Counted from the stretch's first letter, positions 33,069 to 43,870 are shown. The stretch is 64,000 nt of DNA from Histomonas meleagridis 2922-C6/04-290x (GCA_020184695.1 JAANOX010000230.1:1-64000); one strand, 5' to 3'. Made by a program: numbers and translations. The notes: generated by a model from the sequence alone, not told the origin.

Positions 33069-34499
33069 TTACTGTTTTGTTAATTCGTTTATCTTTTCCA
33101 AAGCGATATTTAACTGTTTTCTAAGTTCGATGTTTTCTTTCTTTAGGGCTTCATAATCGGCTCTTGAGACGTACTCCGAGATATTTGCAATTAGCAAATT
33201 TGCTGATCTTGTTCTTTCCATTAGTGCATCTACTTGTGCTTTATAAGTATTTTCTAAGTTGTCCAAATATTTTTGTGTTTGTAATGCTAAGTTAGTCATA
33301 AACAATGGATCGCACATTTGATTATTATTATTATATTCATCTTCATTTGTTGATGTTGTTGTACAATTTGAAGCATCGACAGCAAAACTTAGTGAGAAAC
33401 TTGTGTCTTCAAATTGCTCTATCGAAGGAGTAACATTTACAAGAACTGCAGCAATTGCACATTTTCCTGGCGATTCGAAAAAGTCCTTAAATAAACGCGT
33501 TATTAAACTTTCTCTATATGGGACAGCTTGTTTATGTGAAGCCAAACTTCGAATACATCTTCCAAGCACCATCATTGATTTATTAATATTAACTGATTCT
33601 TTTATTCTCGAGTTTTCTAATGCTTTAGTTCTTTCACAACCAGCTAAATCAACAATTGATATACATATTGGATTTCCAAATGATCTTTCTAATGTTATCC
33701 GAAATATTACATGACTTCGTGATGACCTTTTGTTTGATAATGTCTCTGCCATATGTCGTTCTGCATTAACTATTTCTAATATGTGATCAATTTCAGATTC
33801 TTCATTGATTTCATATTCTTGCGCATTTTCGACAATTGTTTTTCCATTATTATCTCTGCTTAAGTTTAATGATGTTTTTTGTGTTTTTGCTTGTTTCTGG
33901 GACTTATATGTTAAATCAAATAAATCATATAACTTTTCATTGAAAATTTCGATGCATGAAACTTTCATTTTGTTGAATGATGAAAATGTTGATGGTATTC
34001 CATCTTTCATTGATGTTAGAATCGTTGATAGAGTTTGTGGTAAAATTCCAGGATTTTCATGTGTTCCTTGAATTGAAAATGTTTTCCCTGCACCTGTAAC
34101 TCCATATGCAAAGAATAATAGATCTCTACCTTCAGCACATCGTGGAAATAATTCATTGATACTTTTAGAAAACACTTCGTTTTGATTGCATTCTGGTCCA
34201 AATACTTTTTTAAAATTGAACTTTTTTGATTGGATTCTTCCTTGTGATTGTAAAATAATTGAATTATCTTTAATTTCAATGCATGATTCTTTTTCTGTAT
34301 CTTTTAATGGGCGGACTCTTAGGTATATATTTAAAGCATTTTCTTTTATTTTAATCAAATTTCTTGGAATCTTTTTTGGTGTAGAAAATTGATTTGATGT
34401 TCCAAATTCATTTTCTCTCTTGTACTTGACTGTTCTAGCACTGTAACATGATTTTATGCTTGAGAAATTATTTCCAAAATAGACGGAGGAAGCCTTCAT
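33069..34499 (-). CDS. Kinesin motor protein (kinesin-6-like)
   Basis: YLRVRP, AYGVTGAGKTFS (P-loop), EIFNEKLYDL, SSRSHVIF, VDLAGCER, VPYRESLITRL, and a C-terminal coiled coil. Confidence 0.92.
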   Translation of the reverse strand: MKASSVYFGNNFSSIKSCYSARTVKYKRENEFGTSNQFSTPKKIPRNLIKIKENALNIYLRVRPLKDTEKESCIEIKDNSIILQSQGRIQSKKFNFKKVFGPECNQNEVFSKSINELFPRCAEGRDLLFFAYGVTGAGKTFSIQGTHENPGILPQTLSTILTSMKDGIPSTFSSFNKMKVSCIEIFNEKLYDLFDLTYKSQKQAKTQKTSLNLSRDNNGKTIVENAQEYEINEESEIDHILEIVNAERHMAETLSNKRSSRSHVIFRITLERSFGNPICISIVDLAGCERTKALENSRIKESVNINKSMMVLGRCIRSLASHKQAVPYRESLITRLFKDFFESPGKCAIAAVLVNVTPSIEQFEDTSFSLSFAVDASNCTTTSTNEDEYNNNNQMCDPLFMTNLALQTQKYLDNLENTYKAQVDALMERTRSANLLIANISEYVSRADYEALKKENIELRKQLNIALEKINELTKQ

Positions 34500-34697
34500 T
34501 ATTTTAAACGTACGTTAAAATACGTTTATCTAATTTTCAGGTATAATTGAAAATAAAAAAAAAAAAACATATTTGGTAAAGTTGTTTAACACCAATTAAA
34601 TTATAATCATTATTAAAATAAAAGTTTATCTTTGATTTCTCAAAAAATGATCTAAATTGATATCTAAATTTTTAAAATAATTTATTAAAAATATGAA

Positions 34698-35995
34698 TAT
34701 AGAGGTACCGCGGCAGAAAACGGTTACTGACATTTTGGCCTCATGGCTCGTTAACATAATATAATTAATTATATAAGCTTTATTTGGTAAAAACATGCTT
34801 TTTCCCGAAATTCGTCCTGACAATTTTGTGATATTTTTATTTTAATACTTGAAACGATACAATAGAAAATTGAACGCATTTTTCGGTTATAAAATTTGAA
34901 TGATATGAATTATATTTCAGTTCTCCATCTGCAATAAGAGATTTAATTTGGATTCCATTATTTTCACATTGAGAGATTATCAACAAGATCATTAATTTCA
35001 TTCTCAAGCATACCTTTAAAATGTTCTCTTAATGATGTTTGAGGAAGAGGAACAACTTGTCTCATGTGATTATAAGGATTTGGTGATAAGGAATTTAAAA
35101 TATATGCAAATTTATATATGTAGATGTCATAACTTTGTTTAGAAATATCTTTATATAGATTTGAATGACAGATGGAGAGAAAATGTTGAGAAAATTTAAA
35201 ATTTTTAACATTTGGTTTTGTTGGAATAGGTTTTTTAAATTGGTTTAAGTCGTTTTGTATCTTTTCTATATATGCACCTAATAATTCATATCTGGACTTT
35301 AATAAGTTATTTTCTTGCTCAAGATATAATAATTGCTTTTTTAAAATTGTATTTTTATGTCTTTCAATTCCTATAATTTGTTCCAGTTTTGATATTTCTC
35401 TTTGGTGTTGCGCCTTTAATGATCCAATTAATAAATTAATCTTGTTTTTTTCTCCAAATTAAAAAAAAAATGGCGCTAAAAACCGTTTAAAAGCAAATTA
35501 ATACAAACAGACACTGTGAAAAAAATGCTTGAATTCGCATTTAAAGAAATCAAAATTTTGGAAAATTGTCAGGATCATTTTTCGCGAAACCAAAATAAAT
35601 CAAAATAATTGCTATTTTGGTCTTTGATGTTAGATTCTTAAATTCTGCAGTCAATTTTTACGGCAGAAATACATGATGCAATATGTATGTCAAAAAAATA
35701 ATTTTGATAAATTATCTCACTTAATAATTAATTTTTTCCATTTTACTTAGCACAGTGATAGAGTCCAATTATAGCATGATTTATTTCATTAAAAAAAATT
35801 CACTTTTAATGAGATTTCAAAAAAAGATCAAAATCATTATTTCTTTAAAATTTCATCAAAATTTAAATTTTATATGGTATACATATATATTATAATTATT
35901 TTATTTAAGATAAGTTTATTTTATAATATATATCTTGAGATATTTATATTTTAAAATTATTTACGGTTTTGACATTCTGCCGCGGTACCTCTACG
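34698..35995 (-). mobile_element. Non-autonomous P-element-superfamily (THAP9-like) DNA transposon, internally deleted, ~1.3 kb
   Basis: Perfect 19-bp inverted repeats TAGAGGTACCGCGGCAGAA (34700-34718 / 35975-35993). 8-bp flanking duplication with one mismatch (AATATGAA 34690-34697 / AATATCAA 35996-36003). The internal frame carries a P-transposase N-terminal motif. Confidence 0.8.
34964..35458 (-). pseudogene. Truncated P-type transposase fragment (coiled coil plus N-terminal transposase motif)
   Basis: A 164-codon open frame with no ATG at its start, absent from the ORF track: ...LKKQLLYLEQENNLLKSRYELL...SYDIYIYKFAYILNSLSPNPYNHMRQVVPLPQTSLREHF. This fits the Y-x5-FA-x2-L-x3-SP-x2-Y-x2-LR-x4-LP pattern of P/THAP9 transposases. 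Confidence 0.7.
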
Positions 35996-36090
35996 AATAT
36001 CAAAAAAATTTGTGTGATTGAAAGTTTCAGTGTAACTGATTTTTTAAAATATGTAAACAAAAATAGAAAAGTTAAAGAATTTTGTTTATT

Positions 36091-37887
36091 TTAACAAGAT
36101 ACAATTTGTTGATACCTTTCTGTATTTGCTTTATATCCGAATTCACTTTCATCTATTTCATCATCGCTCATTTTCATTATTTTTTGTATTGAGTTCATTA
36201 CGTCATTATACATATTTTCATCACAATTTGGAGGAATTTTTCTTGTTTTTATAATCCATGAAGTTTGTAACATAACTAACAAATGTTTTGGATAATTTCC
36301 GAAATCTCCGTCAACTGATTTACATGTAACTTCTTCAATTTCTTCAAATACTGTTTCAGGATTTGTTAATCTTTGAATTGATTCTTGTAATAATTCGAAT
36401 GATTTCTTTTTTTTTAATTTCATCAAGAATTGCGGTAATTCATATTTTGGATGGAAAATTTCCAAACTATCAATAATTGGTTTGATAAATTCTTCTGAAT
36501 TATCACATTTGATCATATGTAATTGTTCTAAAATTGGTTTTAATTTCATATCATTTGATTCAGCAACATTTGCTTCAATTGATTTCCTTAAAATTTCAGG
36601 TGAAATATTTTGGAAAAGTTCATTAAAAAGATTTTGTATTGCTTCTGATGCTTCAAATGATTTATCTCCATTTAGAAATGTTTCACCACTTAAAATTGAA
36701 GCACAAATAGATATACAATGATAAACAACTTCAACTGATGCTTCAGTATAAAATGGAAGAACTGCTTCTGCGCATGTAGCAGCATGAACAAGAACAACCG
36801 CAGAGTCATTAAATCTTTGCATAACAGTAACAATGTTCATCATGAAATCAGAAATATCAGATGGTTGCCCATTATTTTCAAGAGCTTCAACGTATTCACT
36901 CAAAATTTGAATGGCTTCTTTTTCATCAGAATTTTCTGAGATGTTTGAAAATTGTGTACCGGAGTCTTTGATTTGAATGCCAATTTTTGTGAGGACTTTG
37001 ATGCAAAGTGAAGACAAATTTTCATCTTGATGTTTAGCGCCATTTTGAAGGCGTGTGCATATACAATCTTCAAGTTGTGCAAGCTTACCAAGAACTGAAA
37101 CAACTAACTCTTTTTCATCAGAAAAAGAATTATATAAATTGATGAGAACTGCAAATAAAATATTTGCTTCTTGTGAACGTGTTGATTTTAATTCAAGAAA
37201 TTCATTTAAGAAATGAAGGGCACTTTCACTCGAATTTTGATTTATTGAAAGAATTAATGATGGATAGAGAAGACAAAAATCAGTGATTGCAATAACTTTT
37301 GTTTTGCATTTTGTTATAAGTGTTTCTAAATGTTCAAACGCGGAAGAAAATGAAAAGTTTTCAGGTGAAGAATCATTAAGATTCGCATTTGGAAATAAAG
37401 ATGATTTTCGAAAAACTGGAATATGACTTGCTGTACTCATTATAGAACTTCTTGAATTGTTACTAATTATTGATAGTCTTGAGTATTGTGATGGAGAAAA
37501 ATGATCTGGAAAGAACATTTTGAAGTATTGAGAAGTGAAAATAGAACGCGCAATATCTTTGGTGTATGTGTATAGAGATTCAATTTGACTTTGGTTTCCT
37601 ATAATATGTGGTCTGCCTTGTAAATCTTCAGGAATTGATCTTTCTTCTAATAATTTAAGTGTTGGCGTGACACTAAAAACAGAACTTTTATTTGACGCTT
37701 TTGTTGTTGTCTTTGTGGACGTTCCTGATATTTTATTTGTATTTGATGGTGTTTGTATTTTAAGTTTTGATTTTGTTGAAGATATGGAATTTCGTGGAGC
37801 AGCTAATTTACTTTTTACTTCAGTATTTCTTGTTACTGATTGCCTTGTAGGAATCATGGAATCTCTGCGCGTTGCTATTTTAGACAT
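36091..37887 (-). CDS. Hypothetical protein, Ser/Thr/Lys-rich N-terminus and helical (HEAT-like) body
   Basis: 598-aa ATG ORF. Family not confidently recognised. Confidence 0.7.
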   Translation of the reverse strand: MSKIATRRDSMIPTRQSVTRNTEVKSKLAAPRNSISSTKSKLKIQTPSNTNKISGTSTKTTTKASNKSSVFSVTPTLKLLEERSIPEDLQGRPHIIGNQSQIESLYTYTKDIARSIFTSQYFKMFFPDHFSPSQYSRLSIISNNSRSSIMSTASHIPVFRKSSLFPNANLNDSSPENFSFSSAFEHLETLITKCKTKVIAITDFCLLYPSLILSINQNSSESALHFLNEFLELKSTRSQEANILFAVLINLYNSFSDEKELVVSVLGKLAQLEDCICTRLQNGAKHQDENLSSLCIKVLTKIGIQIKDSGTQFSNISENSDEKEAIQILSEYVEALENNGQPSDISDFMMNIVTVMQRFNDSAVVLVHAATCAEAVLPFYTEASVEVVYHCISICASILSGETFLNGDKSFEASEAIQNLFNELFQNISPEILRKSIEANVAESNDMKLKPILEQLHMIKCDNSEEFIKPIIDSLEIFHPKYELPQFLMKLKKKKSFELLQESIQRLTNPETVFEEIEEVTCKSVDGDFGNYPKHLLVMLQTSWIIKTRKIPPNCDENMYNDVMNSIQKIMKMSDDEIDESEFGYKANTERYQQIVSC

Positions 37888-37970
37888 TTAAAAATTTATC
37901 GTACGTTTATAATAAAAATATGTACGTTTAGAGCACTTTTTTAGGAGAAGTAAAATAAACGTTCGACAAT

Positions 37971-39068
37971 ATGAACGTAATTGATTTATCACTCAACACA
38001 GATTCAGATGATGATATAACATTATTACCAAAAGTTAAAACATTAAAACTCGCTGAGAAGTCAGAGAAAGATGAAATATTTCCTGCTGCATTAACACATA
38101 ATTCACTTGCACAAAAAGATCCATTTGCTGACCCTTTGATTGACTCATCACGTTCCCTTTCTTACATGTTTTCTTTTTCTTCTGTTGATCCATTGTCAAA
38201 TCTATTGAGACATTTAAATGAGGCAAGTAGTGAAAGTAAAGCTCTTTTATCACACATGTCACAAGCGCTTTCATTTGGCGCAACTTCGGTTGATATTTTT
38301 CCAATGTTTTATGAAATTATCTTTTGTTCAGATTCTATTGATAATTACACAAAACTTCTTGCAATTCGTGCAATCTATATGCTTGCTATTAACGACATCA
38401 ATTTTTGCCAAATTATTTTTACACGTACACCTGATTTTTTAGCAATTTCAGAAGATGGTCAATTTCTGATTGATATTCTCAAGTTATTCCAAATCGTCTC
38501 AACATATTCCAGCAAAGATGATGCCAAGTTAATCATAGAAGAATTTCACTTAAAACAAAATCTTGTTCATTTCAAGGAAATTGATGAATTAATCGAGCCG
38601 GTTCGATCATTAGTTCTCTCAGTATACTCCGAAATATCTAAATATGGTGATATTTTCCCAAGAGATCTTGTCAAAGACATTTTGAATAAATGTAATTATC
38701 CCGGAAGCAACCATGTTACCCCTTCCATTGTTTACCCTTCCATGCTATGTACCTATTCGTTTCTACAACAACCCGAAACAGACGCGTATGCATATGTTAA
38801 TGAGAATCCAAATTTGCTTTTTGGTAAAGTTTCTTTGGCTTTAATACATTTGGACGCTCAAAAAGACATAGACTTACAGATATTAGCATTGAAGATTTTG
38901 CTTGACACGTTAAACATGTATTGCGGAAACATCCACAATTTGAATTTATATTTTCAGTTGCTATCGGCGCTTGTCGGCATGAAAAACTCCGAAAATAAAA
39001 CTATCAAAAAGTTGGCCGGGTCAATTTTAATGAAATTTGGAATTGACTCCAATAATGAAGCTCATTAA
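37971..39068 (+). CDS. Hypothetical helical-repeat (ARM-like) protein, divergently transcribed from 36091..37887
   Basis: 365-aa ATG ORF, Leu-rich and helical. Confidence 0.7.
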   Translation: MNVIDLSLNTDSDDDITLLPKVKTLKLAEKSEKDEIFPAALTHNSLAQKDPFADPLIDSSRSLSYMFSFSSVDPLSNLLRHLNEASSESKALLSHMSQALSFGATSVDIFPMFYEIIFCSDSIDNYTKLLAIRAIYMLAINDINFCQIIFTRTPDFLAISEDGQFLIDILKLFQIVSTYSSKDDAKLIIEEFHLKQNLVHFKEIDELIEPVRSLVLSVYSEISKYGDIFPRDLVKDILNKCNYPGSNHVTPSIVYPSMLCTYSFLQQPETDAYAYVNENPNLLFGKVSLALIHLDAQKDIDLQILALKILLDTLNMYCGNIHNLNLYFQLLSALVGMKNSENKTIKKLAGSILMKFGIDSNNEAH

Positions 39069-39167
39069 CTATTTTTATGTGTTTTAAATAAATAATCTTT
39101 ATGTAATCTCTAATGAGAAATAATTTGATAAAATGATTTTTAATGTGGAAAATTTTCTTTCTTAAAA

Positions 39168-39550
39168 CTTGAACAAGAAGGAATTGATATTAATGATAAA
39201 GATATTAATTTGTTTTATTTAATTTTTATTTTAATAATTTAATATTTCAAAATAATATTTGGAAATTATTTAAATTATTTTGGACAGCACTTATTTGTGC
39301 ATCTTCAAATGGTGATACAGAAATAGTTAAATTACTTCTTGAACAAAAGGGGAATTGATATTAATGCTAAAGATATTTATTTGTTTTATTTAATATTTAT
39401 TTTAATAATTTTATATTTCAAAATAATATTTGGAAATTATTTATATTATTTGAAACAGCACTTATGATTGCATCTTCAAATGGTCATATAGAAATAGTCA
39501 GATTACTTCTTCTGCAAAAAGGAATCGATATTAATACGGAAGATATTTAT
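39168..39550 (+). pseudogene. Orphan ankyrin modules with two 68-nt spacers
   Basis: Partial module, spacer 39210-39277, WTALICASSNGDTEIVKLLLEQK (extra G, frameshift), spacer 39381-39448, then FETALMIASSNGHIEIVRLLLLQKGIDINTEDIY. Confidence 0.75.
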
Positions 39551-39563
39551 ATGATGATTACTT

Positions 39564-39600
39564 TACAGTCCTGGACAAGTAAAAATCCCCACTGGCCGAC
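39564..39600 (+). mobile_element. Possible single Tc1/mariner-like terminus
   Basis: TA followed by CAGTCCTGGACAAGTAAAAATCCCCAC resembles Tc1-type TIR starts. No partner end found in the window. Confidence 0.25.
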
Positions 39601-39853
39601 GGAAAATACCCGTCAGAAAGCGGTTTTTGGTTATGATTTTTCTTTTTTCTTTTTCTAGTGATTTTTTCTTTTTAATTTTTTATTTTAGAATAATTACATG
39701 GAACAAAATACATTTATTAATATCAAATTCTTTCGAAATGTGATTTTCCTCAATGACCTTATCAAACACATAAATTGATATAATAATTTATTTTTATTCT
39801 TCAACAATTATTAGACTTGATACAATTGTCACTTTTCTTGTCAAACAAACACA

Positions 39854-41017
39854 ATGCAAAATGATTATTTGAAAATCTTACAATATGTTCATCAAATTAT
39901 TTTTAATATGGATGAATCTAATATATCAGAATGTGTTGATTTAATTACTAACGTTTTTGATACTAATTTTCCATATTCTACCAAACTTATTTTGAGTCAA
40001 ATATTATACTCTTCTTTTGTATCTCAGCTTAAAGATGCTAACATTTATATAAATTTTATAAAAACAATACAAGAAAAAGAAATCTTTAAAATGAATGAAA
40101 CTTTTAGTAATTTTCTTATGCAAAATACACAAGAATCATTTTTTCTTCTCGAAAAATTGATAGAAATCAATTCAACAAAAATAAAAATTGATTCAAACAA
40201 AAAGATTTCTTATTTTTCTAATCGCATGCTGAAAGATGAATTTGACCAAATACATAGTGACAGATTTAAAATCCAAATAATTAAAAATTATGAAGAACTA
40301 ACAAAGAATGATTTTGAACTCCATAAACAATTAATTAAAGAAGGAGTTAATCCAAGTGAAATTGCAAAAATAATTCGAAATGATGAAATAGAAAAACTTC
40401 AAGAAATATCATCACATCCAAATTTTGATTTTAATCAAAGAATTGAGCCATCACTTTATGAAAGATATTTATTTATTAATCAAGAAAATGTTACATTAAT
40501 TGATTATGCTGCATTTTTTGGATCAATTCAATGTTTTAAGTATTTACTAATGAATGGCGCAAAATTAGAAAACACAGGTAAATATGCAGTTGCAGGTGGA
40601 AATGAAGAAATCTTTCATTTATGTGAACAAAATCATTCATCATTTGAAAATGCATATGAAACAGCAATTAAATTCCATCAAAATAATATCTTTCACTATT
40701 TGTATGAAAATAAAATAAAAACAATTAATAATATAGAAGATTTGGGAACTAAATGCATTTTATACAATAATTATGAAATTTTATCATTTTTAGAAAAAGA
40801 AGGAATGAAAATTAATAATTTTCTTATCATGGAATCAATTAAAGCAGGTAATACGTTTATTGTTAAATATTTTCTTGAAAAAAATCCAATTAAAATAAAT
40901 TTTTTAGATATTTCAACTTTTTCAGGTAATGAAGAACTTATTAATTACCTTATTAATAATAAATATATTGATTTCAATCCTAAAAATGTTTTTTTGATTT
41001 TATGTAAATTTTGTTAA
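39854..41017 (+). CDS. DUF3447-ankyrin family protein, first segment (probably continues through modules to the stop at 41990)
   Basis: Same conserved core as 26796..27914. Reading ends inside the first spacer. Confidence 0.85.
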   Translation: MQNDYLKILQYVHQIIFNMDESNISECVDLITNVFDTNFPYSTKLILSQILYSSFVSQLKDANIYINFIKTIQEKEIFKMNETFSNFLMQNTQESFFLLEKLIEINSTKIKIDSNKKISYFSNRMLKDEFDQIHSDRFKIQIIKNYEELTKNDFELHKQLIKEGVNPSEIAKIIRNDEIEKLQEISSHPNFDFNQRIEPSLYERYLFINQENVTLIDYAAFFGSIQCFKYLLMNGAKLENTGKYAVAGGNEEIFHLCEQNHSSFENAYETAIKFHQNNIFHYLYENKIKTINNIEDLGTKCILYNNYEILSFLEKEGMKINNFLIMESIKAGNTFIVKYFLEKNPIKINFLDISTFSGNEELINYLINNKYIDFNPKNVFLILCKFC

Positions 41018-41990
41018 AATATTTTGATATTTTATATTATTACAAGAAATGCATTTTACCTATTTAGATATTTACTTTTGAATGCATCTAAAAAGGGTTA
41101 TATTGATTTAATCAAATTTCTTCTTAAGCAAGAAGGAGTTGATGTAAATGCTAAAGATATTTGTTAATTTTATTTAATTTTCATCGAAACGATTTAATAT
41201 TTTCCAATAATATTGGGAAATTTCTCTTATTATTTGAGACAGCTCTTAATTTAGCATCTGAAAATGGTAATATAGAAATAGTTAAAACACTTCTTAAAAA
41301 AGAAGGAATTGATGTGAATGCTAGAGGAATATATTAATTTTATTCTTATTTTGTTTTGATAATATTATGTTTCAAAATAATATTTGGAAATTATGTAAAT
41401 CATTTTGGACGGCTCTAATGAGTGAATCTTATGATGGGAATTTAGAAATAGTAAAATTACTTCTTAAATCTAAAGGAATCGATATTAATGCTAAAGAAAT
41501 TATATTTTTTTATATAGTATTTATTGATATTATTGTTTGTTTATTCATAATATATGGAAATTATTCAAATCATTTGAAACAGCTCTTATAAAAGCAGTAA
41601 GGACAAGTCAGCATGACATTATCAAATTACTTCTTGGACAAGAAGAAATTGATATCAATGTTAAAAACCTTTTATTAGATAAAATAGAATTTTTTTCAAA
41701 AATTTAAAGCTCTTAAGTAATATTTGGAAATTAAATGAATTGTTTGAAACAGCACTTATGATTGCATCCGAAATAGGTGACATAAAAATGATTAAATTAC
41801 TTCTTGAAAAAGAAGGACTTGATATTAATGCTAAAAATTTTTATTATTATTATTTTATATTAATATCAATAAAATTTAATTTCAAAATCATATTTGGGAA
41901 TTATTTAAATTATTTCAAACAGCACTTATGATTGCAACTAAAAAAAATAATACAGAAATTGTTAATTACCTTAAAAACATATCTAAATAA
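40994..41990 (+). repeat. Array of 6 open ankyrin modules separated by 69,68,68,68,68,68-nt spacers
   Basis: Spacers at 40994-41062, 41165-41232, 41335-41402, 41505-41572, 41675-41742 and 41845-41912. Final module FQTALMIATKKNNTEIVNYLKNISK*. Confidence 0.9.
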
Positions 41991-42096
41991 AATTAGAAAC
42001 TTTTTTTCTATTTGTTATGAAATAATATCTATTTATAATCATTAAAAAAAACTATAGTTATACTTTTATTTAAATTAAAAGAAAAATAACATTTAT

Positions 42097-43284
42097 TTAT
42101 TCCACAGAAGAAAAAGTTGCGATTATTTTCTGCATTGCTTCAAATCTAATTCCGAATTGATTTATCATATTTTCCATTTTCTGTTTTTGTTCTTCTCTTT
42201 TTTCTTCGATTTCTTTTATCATATTTTCGATATTATTTCTTTCTTCTTTCACTTTACGAATATTTTCATTTAAAGATTTTATTATATTATCTTTTTCTTC
42301 AACTTCTTTTTTTGCATTTTTAATTTTTTCATCAGCTTTAATTTCCAAATTTTCAGAAATTTCTTTAATTTTCTTTGTGTATTCTGTTTGAAAACATTTT
42401 AATTTCTTCGTAAAATCTGTTTCTATTTTTTCAAGATTATTAATTTTCTTCGTGATATTATTTGTCCTCATAGTTTCTTCTTGAATTATCTTTTCAAGTG
42501 TTTCATATGATTTCATTTTATGTTCTTTTTTGATTTGCAATGCTTCGATCGATGTTTGCATATCATTAATTGTTCGTTGTGTAATTTGGATGTTATATTC
42601 AAGATCAGAAATGGAATTATTTCGTTGCACAATTTGTTTTTCTAATGATTCGATTTGTTGTGTTACTTCTTCAAGTTTTGTTTTAGTTTCGTTCGATTCG
42701 TTTTCATATCGTTTACATTCATTTTGAAGATTTTCAATCTTCGATGAAAGCATTGAATACGTTTTTTGGTATTTTTGCTTTTTTTGTTTATGCTTTAACT
42801 TTAACTGATTTTGTATTTCTTTGGGTGATGGATTATTCTTCAAATTTTGTACATTCTTGGTAACAATTTCTAAATCTTTGATTATTTCTGTTTCTTTGGT
42901 TTTAAGTTCTTTTAACTTATTTCGTTCTTTACAAAGGCTGTACACTGCCATTTTGATTTCTTCTTTCATTTTGATAAGTTGTGAGTTATCAACTTCGATC
43001 AAATTTTGCATTTCTTTTAATTTTTCAAGATCACACTCTTGATAGTTTTCATCTGGGCATTTTAATTCAATCTGTTTAATTTCATTTTGTAGGTTTTTAT
43101 TTTGCATTAATAAATATTCAATTTCGGTTTGTTTTTGTTTCACATCTAATGAAAGGTCGTCCTTTTGTTTCTTAAGTTTTTCCAACGTTGTTGTAATTCT
43201 TTGTTGAAGATTCACATCAGACATTTCATTTATGTACGTTAAAAATTGACTAACTTTGTTTGTAAAAATCAAAATTTTATTCAT
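42097..43284 (-). CDS. Long coiled-coil protein
   Basis: 395-aa K/E/Q-rich heptad ORF. The true start may be MSDVN at 43224. Confidence 0.7.
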   Translation of the reverse strand: MNKILIFTNKVSQFLTYINEMSDVNLQQRITTTLEKLKKQKDDLSLDVKQKQTEIEYLLMQNKNLQNEIKQIELKCPDENYQECDLEKLKEMQNLIEVDNSQLIKMKEEIKMAVYSLCKERNKLKELKTKETEIIKDLEIVTKNVQNLKNNPSPKEIQNQLKLKHKQKKQKYQKTYSMLSSKIENLQNECKRYENESNETKTKLEEVTQQIESLEKQIVQRNNSISDLEYNIQITQRTINDMQTSIEALQIKKEHKMKSYETLEKIIQEETMRTNNITKKINNLEKIETDFTKKLKCFQTEYTKKIKEISENLEIKADEKIKNAKKEVEEKDNIIKSLNENIRKVKEERNNIENMIKEIEEKREEQKQKMENMINQFGIRFEAMQKIIATFSSVE

Positions 43285-43291
43285 TCAGAAA

Positions 43292-43870
43292 TCATTCTTC
43301 ATTTTCCGTTTTCGTTGGTATTAATCTATACTCTGGTGGAACCTCATCTTCCGTGTATAATCGATCACTAAAGTAGATACGACGAATTCTGCAATTTGCA
43401 AATACACTTACTCTTAATGTTTCTAAGTAGTTTGTACCATATGCACGTCTTGTGAAATCAGAAAGATTGAATTGAATTTGATTCCATCCTGGATCGAGTC
43501 TCATTGGAAGTGTACAAACAAATGGTTTAACACGAGTTTTGGACTGATAATTTGAAGCCCTAAATCTTCTTCTCATGTTCATGTCATCTAAAACTTGGAT
43601 TTCAAAAGTGAAATATTTCTTTAAATATTTCAGCACCAAGACAAGGAAAGGTAACTTAATTCCAAGCTCTTCTTTAGCACCTTTTGGACATGTCACGTAT
43701 GTGTTATTTACATTTGTACTCACAATTTCAATAACACAACTTCGAATATCTTGATCTGTGATTCTTTTAATGTAACCATTTTCTACGTGTTGATTCCAAA
43801 TGCTTAATGGTTTTGATCCAACAGAATAAAAAAGATTTAAGAAACCAGCTTGGTAGCGATCCCTGAACAT
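43292..43870 (-). CDS. CFAP20: Cilia- and flagella-associated protein 20 (BUG22)
   Basis: [23 protein letters not shown]...[10 protein letters not shown]...[11 protein letters not shown]...[25 protein letters not shown] is near-identical to the CFAP20 consensus. Confidence 0.97.
   Translation of the reverse strand: MFRDRYQAGFLNLFYSVGSKPLSIWNQHVENGYIKRITDQDIRSCVIEIVSTNVNNTYVTCPKGAKEELGIKLPFLVLVLKYLKKYFTFEIQVLDDMNMRRRFRASNYQSKTRVKPFVCTLPMRLDPGWNQIQFNLSDFTRRAYGTNYLETLRVSVFANCRIRRIYFSDRLYTEDEVPPEYRLIPTKTENEE

Noticed and set aside
39378-39460. Canonical GT-AG or U12-type AT-AC splicing of the 68-nt spacers
   Set aside because: The available GT (TT|GT, phase 2) with ACAG| (needs phase 1), and AT (phase 0/1) with AC| (needs phase 2), give out-of-frame joins. 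Several modules lack the AG altogether. One spacer (26561-26628) has a workable internal GT-AG by itself, but this does not generalise.
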